Positions 53,568 to 64,000 of a stretch of 64,000 nucleotides of DNA are shown here, piece after piece (position 1 is the first letter of the stretch; each line of letters starts with the position of its first letter). The translations under genes and the position numbers were made by a program. Source of the DNA: Octopus vulgaris (lineage: Eukaryota); the NCBI GenBank assembly GCA_951406725.2, contig OX597827.1, positions 14,508,001 through 14,572,000 on the forward strand. Direction: 5' to 3'. A model generated the notes under the pieces. It was not told the origin of the DNA. It ran no database searches and saw only the letters and a list, made by a program, of their open reading frames with translations.

Positions 53568-55602
53568 CTTATTCGGCAAATACATTTACTAAGACAGACA
53601 GACATGCATGATAGATTATTCAACAAGTATATCTACTAATACAGGCATAAGTTTCTAGTGACTAATGGTTACATAGTCATGTATTATTCACAGACACATA
53701 TTGATGGCTTTTGGCGCTCAGTCGAGATTTGAAACTAGATGCCGATAGCAATTCACCGAGAGCTCACGTCTGATTAAGTTCAAAAACACACTACTGCAAT
53801 AAAAACATTGAGTTTGAAGCATACGAATTAATAGTTTCCTTTCCACAATTTTTGACTAAAATAAACTAAGTTAATTAGTAGCAATTTTAATGGAACGATC
53901 ACATTAAAATTATTTCCAATAAGAGTATTGGTGAGCGCCATAAAGTAAGAATTAGGATTGACTTCTATGCGAGTGTACTACCTGGGGTTCGATTAGCAGT
54001 TAAAGCCATTTATCTTCACTTAAACAACCTCGTTCCCCTATCTTGCGAATGTGTGGTCTTCTATCTAAATCAGAAATCGATATTGTAGTCAAGTCTGGGG
54101 CCATAACTCTCTACAGCTTTTATAGACTAAGTTGAAAGGCAAAAGTGAAACCACTTAAAGTGTGCCAGGCAGTCGGTTTTCTAGAAAATGGACGCCACAA
54201 ATTGAATGAAAAATTAATGTCTTTACAACAAAATATTAAAGTTGAAAGGAAACAGCAAAGCACTAGACGTGAAAGTTAGAATAAAACCAGTTATCATACT
54301 GTCTCTGGCTCTCCCTTTCTCTTGCTCTCCTTTTCTCTCTCTCTCGCGCGCTCTTTTCTTTCTTTCTCTCTCTCTCTCTCTCACACACACACACCTATAC
54401 ACAATCACACACATTCTCCGTAATAGCTTGTATTCTTCAAGAACTTTGCAATTAACCAACGTACGAGACTCTTTGATTGTGACTTGTAACTTATTTTCAA
54501 ATATTTTGTTTTAGATTAGAAGAAGCAGGTGACGTTGAAAAACAACTTTCACTATTGGTACAATTTAGTCTCACAGTTCAATTAGCGACGAGGTGTCTTT
54601 CTGGGTTCTATGTCTAACATTTATTGGAAAACTAACAAACACGTTCTATTCTTTATGTTCATAATCGATATTGTGTCTTTCCTTCTAATATAAATCCATA
54701 ATGAAAGTAATTGGTTATTGAACACAGGCTGCATATTCAACGCAACTTTATATGTGATGTTTCTGAAAATGTGGCTGAGATATTTTTTTCATTTTTTTCA
54801 TATCTATTTTTTCTTTTTTGTCTTTTCTTTTTTCTTTTTTGTCTCTTAAATGAAAATGTGTTGTTTTTGATCAAATATTTGTACAAACACGTACGTCGAA
54901 TATGAAAATATATTTGATTGGAATATTAAAATTTTGAGTGGTATTCGGAAATAATTAATATTTTCTTTGATTGAACAAGACATTTTACACCTTGGATTTG
55001 ATATCGAAGTATTGATAACGATCTCTGTCAATATTCAATCGATCACAATAATTTCCAAAATGATTTTTAGAGAATAGTCTAGAATTTTAGAAATTTGAAT
55101 ATGGAAATCATTTGCATTTATTTTGTTTCTCATTTAACGTAAGCAAAGCAAAGGTGTCACCGACTATTAGCTCTAAGTGATTATATACAATTAGGATGCC
55201 AAACATCTCTGATGAAGTGATTTAAGTTCCACCGCTCTACAAGTGGTGCGGTTAATACAGCAATTAAAGAAAATTGCTCAACATATTTTACATCTTCAAA
55301 CGAACGAAATATAGGCTTGAAATATTTCTAAGTTTTATTTCCTGATTACCAACGATGGGGACGGGGAGACAGAGTTGATTTGAGCTTCAATTCTTCACAT
55401 TCTTGCGTTCTTTTACTAATTTCACTCCAATTGAATCGCAACCATTGTGAGATGCCGCCGCAAAGAATGATTCTAGTTGAAAATATCGACTTTAGTTCTT
55501 GCTTCTGTCTGATGCTTATTTTATTGAACTCTGTATGATGAACTGCTGGGTTACAGATCGCATACGAACAGAGTATAAATTCATACATATATACACATTA
55601 TA

Positions 55603-55828
55603 TATTTCTTTACTACCCACAAGGGACTAAACACAGAGGGGACAAACAAGGACAGACAAAGGGATTAAGTCGATTATATCGACCCAGTGCGTAACTGGTA
55701 CTTAATTTATCGACCCCGAAAGGATAAAAGGCAAAGTCGACCTCGGCGGAATTTGAACTCAGAATGTAGCAGCAGACGAAATACTGCTAAGCATTTCACC
55801 CGGCGTGCTAACGGTTCTGCCAGCTTGC
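55603..55828 (-). mobile_element. SINE family B
   Basis: Homology to family B. Confidence 0.85.
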
Positions 55829-55914
55829 AGATCTTATTCCATGTTGACTTCACTCTTGAAGGTGTTTCTTGAAAGTGTTTTGATCATGTTCTTTCACAAT
55901 TTACTAATATTTTA

Positions 55915-56300
55915 TCTTTTATCTTCTTCTTGCTTCAGTCATTTTACTGTGGCCATACTGGAGCATCACCTTGAAGAATTTGTTTATCGAATGGATTGAT
56001 CCCAGTAATTATTTCTTTTAAACCTGATATCCTATTAGTCTCTGTTGTCTAATCGCTAAGTTAAGGGGATGTAAACACACATACACCAGGACAAACACAA
56101 ACACAAAGACGCACATACATATATATATATATATATATATGAGGGGCTTCTTTTAGTTTCCATCTACCAAATCTATTCTCAAGGCTTCGGTTGGTCCAAG
56201 GCCGTAGTAGACGGCACATACCCAAGATGCCACACAGTGGTACTGAACCCAGAACGATGTGGCTGGGAAGCAAGCTCCTTACCACACAGCCATGCCAGTG
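55915..56300 (-). mobile_element. Older SINE family A
   Basis: Diverged homology to family A. Confidence 0.7.
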
Positions 56301-56303
56301 CTT

Positions 56304-56533
56304 GGCAGCGAGCTGGCAGAAACGTTAGCACACCGGGCAAAATGCGTAGCCACATTTCTTCTGCCGTTACGTTCTGAGTTCAAATTCCACCAAGGTCGAC
56401 TTTGCCTTTCATCCTTTCGGGGTCGATAAATTAAGTACCAGTTACGCACTGGGGTCGATGTAATCGACTTAATCTGTGTGTCTGTCCTTGTTTGTCCCCT
56501 CTGTGTTTAGCCCCTTGTAGGTAGTAAAGAAAT
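56304..56533 (+). mobile_element. SINE family B
   Basis: Full-length homology to family B. Confidence 0.85.
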
Positions 56534-56540
56534 ATATATA

Positions 56541-56754
56541 TCTCTCTCTTTTACTCTTTTACTTGTTTCAGTCATTTGACTGCGGCCATGCTGGAGCACC
56601 GCCTTTAATCGAGCAAATTGACCCCGGGACTTATTCTTTGTAAGCCCAGTACTTATCCTATCGGTCTCTTTTGCCGAACTGCTAAGTGACGGAGACGTAA
56701 ACACACCAGCATCGGTTGTCAAGCAATGCTAGGGGGACAAACACAGACACACAA

Positions 56755-56785
<31 letters not shown>

Positions 56786-56961
56786 CATACATATATACAA
56801 CAGGCTTATTTCAGTTTCCGTCTACCAAATCCACTCACAAGGCATTGGTTGACCCGGGGATATAGCAGAAGACACTTGCCCAAGATGCCACACAGTGGGA
56901 CTGAACCCAGAACCATGTGGTTGGTTAGCAAGCTACTTACCACACAGCCACTCCTGCGCCT
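56541..56961 (-). mobile_element. SINE family A
   Basis: Full-length homology to family A. Confidence 0.9.
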
Positions 56962-57744
56962 ATATATATATGTATTAAAATATTTCTTTCTCTTCCTTTT
57001 TTACAAGATTTAATTTTGACTGACAAATCTTATTCCATGTCGGCTTCACCCATGGAAATATTGTGATTATGTTCTTTACAATTTGCTAACATGATACATT
57101 GGCCAATTGGTTTCAGTTACAGGATGTAACATAAGCCATAATTACAAATGCTTTAGTGCTGCGTGAATCACAAAAATTCTACCCATTGTTATGATATATA
57201 TATCTATATATATTAATCATCTGTTTGGTTATAAAAAAAAATCTGCATACAATCAAATTTAGTATGAACTTTAACTTTGATGCAGCAATATTGATTTTTG
57301 ACATAATCTCATGGCATAGCTAGAATGTGTGCCCCCAGGGCAGCTGCTTAGTTAGCCACCTCCCTTTTTCCTATACAGCCTGTACAGACTTATACAGCAG
57401 ACCCAAAAAAGTGGTGTCCCCCACCCATAAAAGCATTGCCCAGGACAGACGCCTCATCCACCCTCATCCACCTCACTATCCGAAGCTATGTTACTGCTAT
57501 AATGACAAGATCTCAAATTTGTGTGTAATGCATAATTCAGAATTTGGATTAAAGATTACAAACTGGCCTTTTTTTTCTGGTTTATTGACCTTGAATGCAT
57601 GGAATAGGGAATGCTGACTAAGTCAGGATTTGAACTCGGAATGTTAAGAACTGTAACTAAATACCACAAGATATTTATTTTGTTTGATCTTCTTATAATT
57701 CTGCTATGTGGTTCAAGTAGTAATACATTGAAATATTTTCATCT

Positions 57745-58068
57745 TGAAGGTGGCAAGCTGGCAGACACGTTAGGTCAACTTTGCCTTTCATCCTTTCAGG
57801 GTCAAAAACTTAGGTACCAGTTGCATACTGGGGTTGATCTAATCGACTGGCACCCTCCCCCAAAATTTTGGGTCTTGTGCCTAGAGTAGAAAAGAATATC
57901 AAGGCAGTGAGCTGGCAGAAACGTTAGCATGTCGGGCAAAATGCTTAGCGGTATTTCATCTGTCTTTACATTCTGAGTTCAAATTCTGCCAAGGTCAACT
58001 TTGCCTTTCATCCTTATGGGGTCGATAAATTAAGTACCAGTTGCATATTGGGGTTGATCTAATCGACT
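57745..58068 (+). mobile_element. Two tandem SINE B-related copies
   Basis: Two gctggcaga..acgttag heads sharing ctttgcctttcatcc..taccagttgcata. Confidence 0.7.
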
Positions 58069-58319
58069 GTCACAGCATAAAAGCGAACCATTGTTGCATC
58101 GTATTGTTATGTGTGATGAAAAATGGATTCTTTTCAACAAGAAGTAAGCATTCTGCATGGTGGTTGAACAGAGACAAACTGCCAAAATACAATCCAAGAA
58201 AGAATATTCACCAAAAAAAGCTAACGGTGCCTGTTTGGTGGTCCATTGCTGATGTCATCCACTACAACTTCATGAGATCTGGTAAGATGTATACAGCAGA
58301 TGTATATATCAACCAACTA

Positions 58320-58711
58320 GTGGAGGCGCAATGGCCCAGTGATTAGGGCAGCGGACTCGCGATCATAGGATCGCGGTTTCGATTCCCAGACCGGGCGTTG
58401 TGAGTGTTTATTGAGCGAAAACACCTAAAAGCTCCACGAGGCTCCGACAGGGGATGGTGGTGATCCCTGCTGTACTCTTTCACCACAACTTTCTCTCACT
58501 CTTACTTCCTGTTTCTGTTGTACCTGTATTTCAAAGGGCCGGCCTTGTCACTCACTGTGTCACGCTGAATATCCCCGAGAACTACGTTAAGGGTACACGT
58601 GTCTGTGGAGTGCTCAGCCACTTACACGTTAATTTCATGAGCAGGCTGTTCCGTTGATTCGGATCAACCGGAACCCTCGTCGTCGTAACCGACGGAGTGC
58701 TTCCAACCAAC
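58320..58711 (+). mobile_element. tRNA-derived SINE, head C + tail 1, inside the mariner
   Basis: TSD atcaaccaact (58308-58318 / 58712-58722). Confidence 0.9.
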
Positions 58712-58848
58712 ATCAACCAACTGGATGAAACGATGAGTGAACTTGCAATTAAATAACCGAGATTGGTCAATAGAGACAGACCAATTCTCTTGCAAGACAA
58801 TGCTCAACCACATGTTACACAAAGAATGCTACTCAAGTTACAGGAACT

Positions 58849-58989
58849 CATCATCATCATCATTTAGCATCCACTTTCCATGCTGGCATGGGTTGGACGG
58901 TGCAACTGGGGTCTGGGAAGCCAGAAGGCTGCACCAGGCCCAGTCTGATCTGGCAATGTTTCTACAGCTGGATGCCCTTCCTAACGCCA
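58849..58989 (-). mobile_element. SINE family D 3' fragment ((ATG)n tail), inside the mariner
   Basis: Homologous to 59953-60152; contains the motif ggatgcccttcctaac. Confidence 0.7.
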
Positions 58990-59952
58990 GTACTTGGAAA
59001 TTCTCTGTCATCAACCATATTGACCGGACCTTGCACCAACTGATTATTATGTTTTCCAGACATTAGACATCATTTTGCAAGGAAAAAACTTAAAATCTGA
59101 AGAAGATGCAAAAACAGCCTTTTGTGATTTCATCACCTCTTCCTCTCCAGAATTCTTCACTGCCAGCAAAAATAAGCTACCAATAAAATGGCAAAATTGT
59201 GTTGATAATTTAGGTGCATACTTTGATTAACTGCATTGCTTTTTGTTGAGATAAAGTGAAATGAACTTTCAGTTCAAAATTGGACATTTCATCCTTAATG
59301 ACCAGATATACAATACACAAAATATTAAAAAAAATTTTGTATCCACAAGTGTGAACCCCGTAAGTCAGAGTGGTTGTTTCCATGCATCTCCCTCACCATC
59401 CCCTGGGGCATCATCTTTTCTATTTTGTCTGCTAGAACCACGAGGTGGTCTGAATTACAAGAAATCAAGAGCATGTAAGAATTTCATAGCTTACTTCTTC
59501 AATAAATATAGTTATCTGACCACATTGAAAAGCACAGATGTTTTTCATAAAAACAACATCTGGTTATCAAAACAAAAGATTTTCATACAATTCTTAATAA
59601 TATTTAATCATTAAAATATTATCGGAATTTTTAGGCATTGAGTGGCTATGAGGGTCCCAGCTACTAAGTAAAATAGGAATCAAAGGGTTCCATAAGCAAA
59701 AAATGGTTGAGAACCAATGCTTTACAGTATTGTAGGTAGATGGGCAGCAAATGCTACAAAGCTAAAGGCAAGCTCACAACAAGCCAACTTTGTGATGTTG
59801 TTTCAATCCATAACTGGATTTAGTATAAAATTTACAATGCAATTTCACTCATAAACTGTACCTCCTTGTTTCCATGTCAAATAAAACTAGCATGGTAGCT
59901 ATTTGAGGGCTTAATATAATAAGTCTTAAATGGTGTGCCATTTAAGTAACTT

Positions 59953-60152
59953 ATCATCATCAGCATCATCATTTAACGTCCGTTTTCCATGCTAGCATGG
60001 GTTGGACGGTTCGACTGGGGTCTGGAAGCCATGGAGGCTGCCCCAGGCTCTAGTTTGATTTTGCAGTGTCTCTACAGCTGGATGCCCTTCCTAACACCAA
60101 CCACTCCGTAAGTATAATGAGTGTTTTTTACGTGCCACCGGCACAGGGGCCA
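59953..60152 (-). mobile_element. SINE family D fragment
   Basis: Homologous to the 58849 copy. Confidence 0.7.
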
Positions 60153-60202
60153 GAGGGTCAGGGACAGAAATATGATTTAAGTATTTATAAAATTCACAGA
60201 AA

Positions 60203-60405
60203 CCCTTTAGAATTAAAACTGCATGGATCCAGTCCGTATACTCTACCTCTTTTATGTTCAACCAGCAAGATCCAGCCTCTCCTACACTGTCATTCTAAAA
60301 ATAAACAATTGGATCATTGAAATCTTGAAGCTACGAGATAATACATGATTAATTTAAAACAATGTGAATAAATAAGCATTACATTTAACACTGAGCGCTA
60401 AAGGT
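60203..60405. mobile_element. piggyBac-type MITE H (degenerate)
   Basis: Ends ccctttag...ctaaaggt|ttaa; homologous to the 60616 copy. Confidence 0.65.
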
Positions 60406-60615
60406 TTAATGCTCGAATGAGCTTGTTGGACACAAGTGTGGGTAGTATATGTAATTATATATAATAGTATAGGTGTTCATAGGGGTGTTTCAGGTTATAT
60501 ATTTGAGAGGATTCATGAAGTTCATTGATTAGTTATCATTGGTCATGTTCAGGCAACATCTTGCAAGAGGCAAATTAATTCTATAAATATTTCCCCAACA
60601 CAGAATAGCTATTTA

Positions 60616-60824
60616 CCCTTTAGCATTTGCACCAGCCATATCTGGCCCAAATACTCTACTTGTTTTATGTTCATACTTGCAAGATCTGGCCTTTTATACC
60701 TACCCTACAATGTCATTCTAAAAATAAACATCAAAATCATTGAAATTTCAAAGCTATGAGATAATTCATGATTAAATCAAAGCAATGTGAATAAATTTGA
60801 CAGAGTAATCTAAATACTAAAGGG
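60616..60824. mobile_element. piggyBac-type MITE H
   Basis: ttta|CCCTTTAG...CTAAAGGG|ttaa. Confidence 0.75.
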
Positions 60825-60828
60825 TTAA

Positions 60829-61163
60829 CCCTTTTGATACCAACCCGGCTGAAACCGCTTCTGGCTCTGTAGTACAAATGTCTTGTTTTCATAAGTTCTG
60901 AATGAAAATCTTCCACCAAATCTTAGTCACAATTCATGTTCCTTACACAAGCTTAATGATAACTAAGTTACTTTACTAAATTCTTTGTTATATTTAAGAT
61001 TAACTGGAGTGGCTGTGTGGTAAGTAGCTTGTTTACCAACCACATGGTTCCGGTTCAGTCCCACTGCATGGCACCTTGGGCAAGTGTCTTCTACTATAGC
61101 CTTGGGCCAACCAAAGCCTTGTGAGTGGATTTGGTAGACGGAAACTGAAAGAAGCCCATTGTA

Positions 61164-61217
<54 letters not shown>

Positions 61218-61470
61218 TGTGTGTGTTTGTGTCTGTGTTTGTCCCCCTAGCATTGCTTGACAACCGATGCTGGTGTGTTTATGTCCCCGTTACTTAGCGG
61301 TTCGGCAAAAGAGACCGATAGAATAAGTACTGGGCTTACAAAAGAATAAGTCCCGGGGTCGAGTTGCTCGATTAAAGGCGGTGCTCCAGCATGGCCGCAG
61401 TCAAATGACTGAAACAAGTAAAAGAGAGAGAGAGAGAGAGCATCTCAAAAGAAATAAGGTAACGAAAGGG
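60829..61470. mobile_element. piggyBac-type MITE G with a nested SINE A (~61006-61440)
   Basis: ttaa|ccctttt...gtaacgaaaggg|ttaa; the body matches the 61559 copy. Confidence 0.85.
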
Positions 61471-61558
61471 TTAAAGAAGTATTGATATCCATCAAAGTCT
61501 TCTATAGTATTTAGTTATAGCTGTTTACACTCCTAGTTCAAAATCATACTGAGATTAA

Positions 61559-61778
61559 CCCTTTCGTTACCAACCCGGCTGAAACCGGCTCTGGCTCTGA
61601 GTACAAATGTCTTGTTTTCATAAGTTTTGAATTAAAATCTTCCACCAAACCTTAGTCACAACTTATGTTCCTAATACTAGCTTAATGATAACTAAGTTAT
61701 CTTACTAAATTCTTTGTTAGATTTAAAGTAATTGAAAGAAACACAGAGCATCTCAAAATAAACACAGTAACGAAAGGG
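61559..61778. mobile_element. piggyBac-type MITE G, 220 bp
   Basis: TTAA TSD and TIR ccctttcgttac / gtaacgaaaggg. Confidence 0.9.
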
Positions 61779-62324
61779 TTAACTTATTTTATATTTTTTT
61801 ACACGGTTCAATGAAATAAAGTAGCAGTTTGGAAACATTACTATAGAACAACAGTTGCCAAACTGTAATCCACAGAATAATTCTTGAAGGATCATAAACA
61901 CTTACAATCATTCCACTTTCTGTAAAGATTTCATAAAATGTAAACTATTCATGAATATTTTACACAATTAGTCATAGTCTTCAAAAGATATTAAACAAAA
62001 TTTATTGAAAACAAACACAGAAAAAAAACTAAGAAAAAATATATTTCTCAAAAGAAATTATCGATTGTCAAGTACGCCCCCGCTGCATTTTATTTTTTTA
62101 ATAATTACATATTACGAAAGGGGTCATAAATATTTATTGATTCCATCAAAAGGGGTCATGATAGCAAAGGGCTGGTAACCAGTTGTAGAATATCCTGGTT
62201 ATTTTATTACCATGGAATTACAATAGGAAGGGTAAGACCAAAACTATACAACTCACACACCCCTCCTGCCGCTACCAAATCGAGGTTTTGTGCCCTATGT
62301 TAAACATCATTCATATCATTCACT

Positions 62325-62543
62325 AGTAGAAGTGGTGGTGGTGCTGGTGGTGCTGGTGGTGGTAGGGGTAGTAGTAGTAGTAGTAGTAGTAGTAGAAATG
62401 GTGGTGGTTGTGGTAGTAGAGGTGATGGCAGTAGTAGTAGTAGTAGTAGAAGTTGTAGTAGTAGTAGTAGTAGTAGTAGAAGAAATGAAGTGGTGGTGGT
62501 GGTGGTGGTGGTAGAGGTGATGGCAGTAGTAGTAGTAGTAGTA

Positions 62544-62577
<34 letters not shown>

Positions 62578-62654
62578 AAGTAGTAGAAGAAGAAGAAATG
62601 GTGGTGGTGGTGGTGGTAGTGGTGATGGCAGTAGTAGTAGTAGAAGAAGTTGTT

Positions 62655-62685
<31 letters not shown>

Positions 62686-62732
62686 AAGAAGAAATGGTGG
62701 TGGTGATGGTAGTAGTAGTAGTAGTGGTAGTG

Positions 62733-62763
<31 letters not shown>

Positions 62764-62852
62764 AAGAAATGGTGGTGGTGGTGATGGTAGTAGTAGTAGT
62801 AGTAGTGTTGGCGGTGGTGGTGGTGGTGGTGGTGGTGGTAGTAGTAGTAGTG

Positions 62853-62895
<43 letters not shown>

Positions 62896-62945
62896 CGGTT
62901 GCGGCGGTGGTGGCGGTGGTGGCAGTAGCAGCGGTGTTGGTGGTC
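62325..62945. repeat. Compound (GTA/GTG/GAA)n trinucleotide array with higher-order units
   Basis: Recurring gaagaaatggtggt..gtgatggcagtagta blocks. Confidence 0.9.
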
Positions 62946-63179
62946 ACAGGATCAGTTTTTGTCTCACCACCAGCCACTCCACTTCACATATCTCATATAT
63001 CCAGATAGCATTAGCAACAGCAATAGCAGTAACTGTGGCAGAAGCAGTCACAGACTTTCCACAATATGCATTCTATCGCGTTGACTCTGTTTAGCTTCAG
63101 ATATAAATATTTTGTAGTACAACATGTTCATAGCTTAATGCGATGATGTGATTGCAACTTTCTATGCGCTTGTAAGTAT

Positions 63180-63204
63180 AAGTATATGTATGTATACATG
63201 TATG

Positions 63205-63243
<39 letters not shown>

Positions 63244-63415
63244 ATATGTATATATACAGATGTATATGCAAATATATAGAGAAATATATGTGTGTGTGTG
63301 TGTGTGAGTGTGTATGCATATACACACACACATATGGTTGAGTGTATATATATATATGTGGGGGGGTGTATGTATGTATATATATATGTATGTCTTTTTA
63401 TATATAGATAGACAT

Positions 63416-63468
<53 letters not shown>

Positions 63469-63522
63469 CATACATACATATACATATACAGATGTATATT
63501 ATATATATAGTACATACATCGA

Positions 63523-63567
<45 letters not shown>

Positions 63568-63630
63568 TATACATAAATATATGCATATATTGTATATACA
63601 TAAATATGTATGTATATATATAGTATATAC

Positions 63631-63670
<40 letters not shown>

Positions 63671-63688
63671 TATTCATAAATATATATG

Positions 63689-63738
<50 letters not shown>

Positions 63739-63915
63739 GTATATACACACACATATATACATACCTATATAAATATAACATATACATATATATATGTATA
63801 TGCACACATATATATACATACCTATATAAATATAACATATACATATATATATATGTATATGTTATACATATATATACATACCTATATAAATATAACATAT
63901 ACATATATATACGTA
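63180..63915. repeat. AT-rich compound microsatellite ending in three copies of a ~57-60-bp unit
   Basis: catacctatataaatataacatatacatat recurs near 63760, 63817 and 63877. Confidence 0.9.
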
Positions 63916-64000
63916 TTCATATAGGTAAAATATTCACATATATACACAAACAAGGACACATACACCAAATGCATTTACACAAAGTACAGAACCCCACAAA

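Larger units (their letters stand above)
58068..59308 (+). pseudogene. Decayed mariner (D,D34D-type) transposase 3' half with probable right TIR, interrupted by two SINEs
   Basis: Translates to HRIVMCDEKWILF ... IHQKKLTVPVWW ... PILLQDNAQPH ... HQPY*PDLAPTDY ... KWQNCVDNLGAYFD* (stop at 59230), with internal stops and a frameshift. Confidence 0.9.

Noticed and set aside
62290-63008. Poly-Thr (mucin-like) and poly-Val ORFs
   Set aside because: Trinucleotide array open in several frames, with no signal peptide, domain or clear splice context.

Overview
AT-rich, microsatellite- and transposon-dense eukaryotic DNA, inferred to be coleoid cephalopod (most likely Octopus) from the protocadherin style and SINE families. 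The only credible protein-coding sequence is one large minus-strand protocadherin exon (acceptor at 20112, ATG at 20071, donor after 17693). It encodes a signal peptide, 6 cadherin repeats, a TM helix and the start of the cytoplasmic tail. The rest is nested mobile DNA: several tRNA-derived SINE families that share heads and tails in different combinations, GGATC-ended MITEs with 8-bp TSDs, hAT, piggyBac and Tigger-like MITEs, four non-autonomous Helitrons and a decayed mariner transposase. The most notable hidden layer is a set of minimal type I hammerhead-ribozyme motifs in several unrelated repeat contexts. These include a 351-nt retrozyme-like unit, a 63-nt tandem dimer and a Penelope-like inverted rearrangement. 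The protocadherin also has an apparently Ca2+-deficient EC3-EC4 linker. All coordinates were read by eye, family names (A-H) are my own working labels, and no database searches were run.
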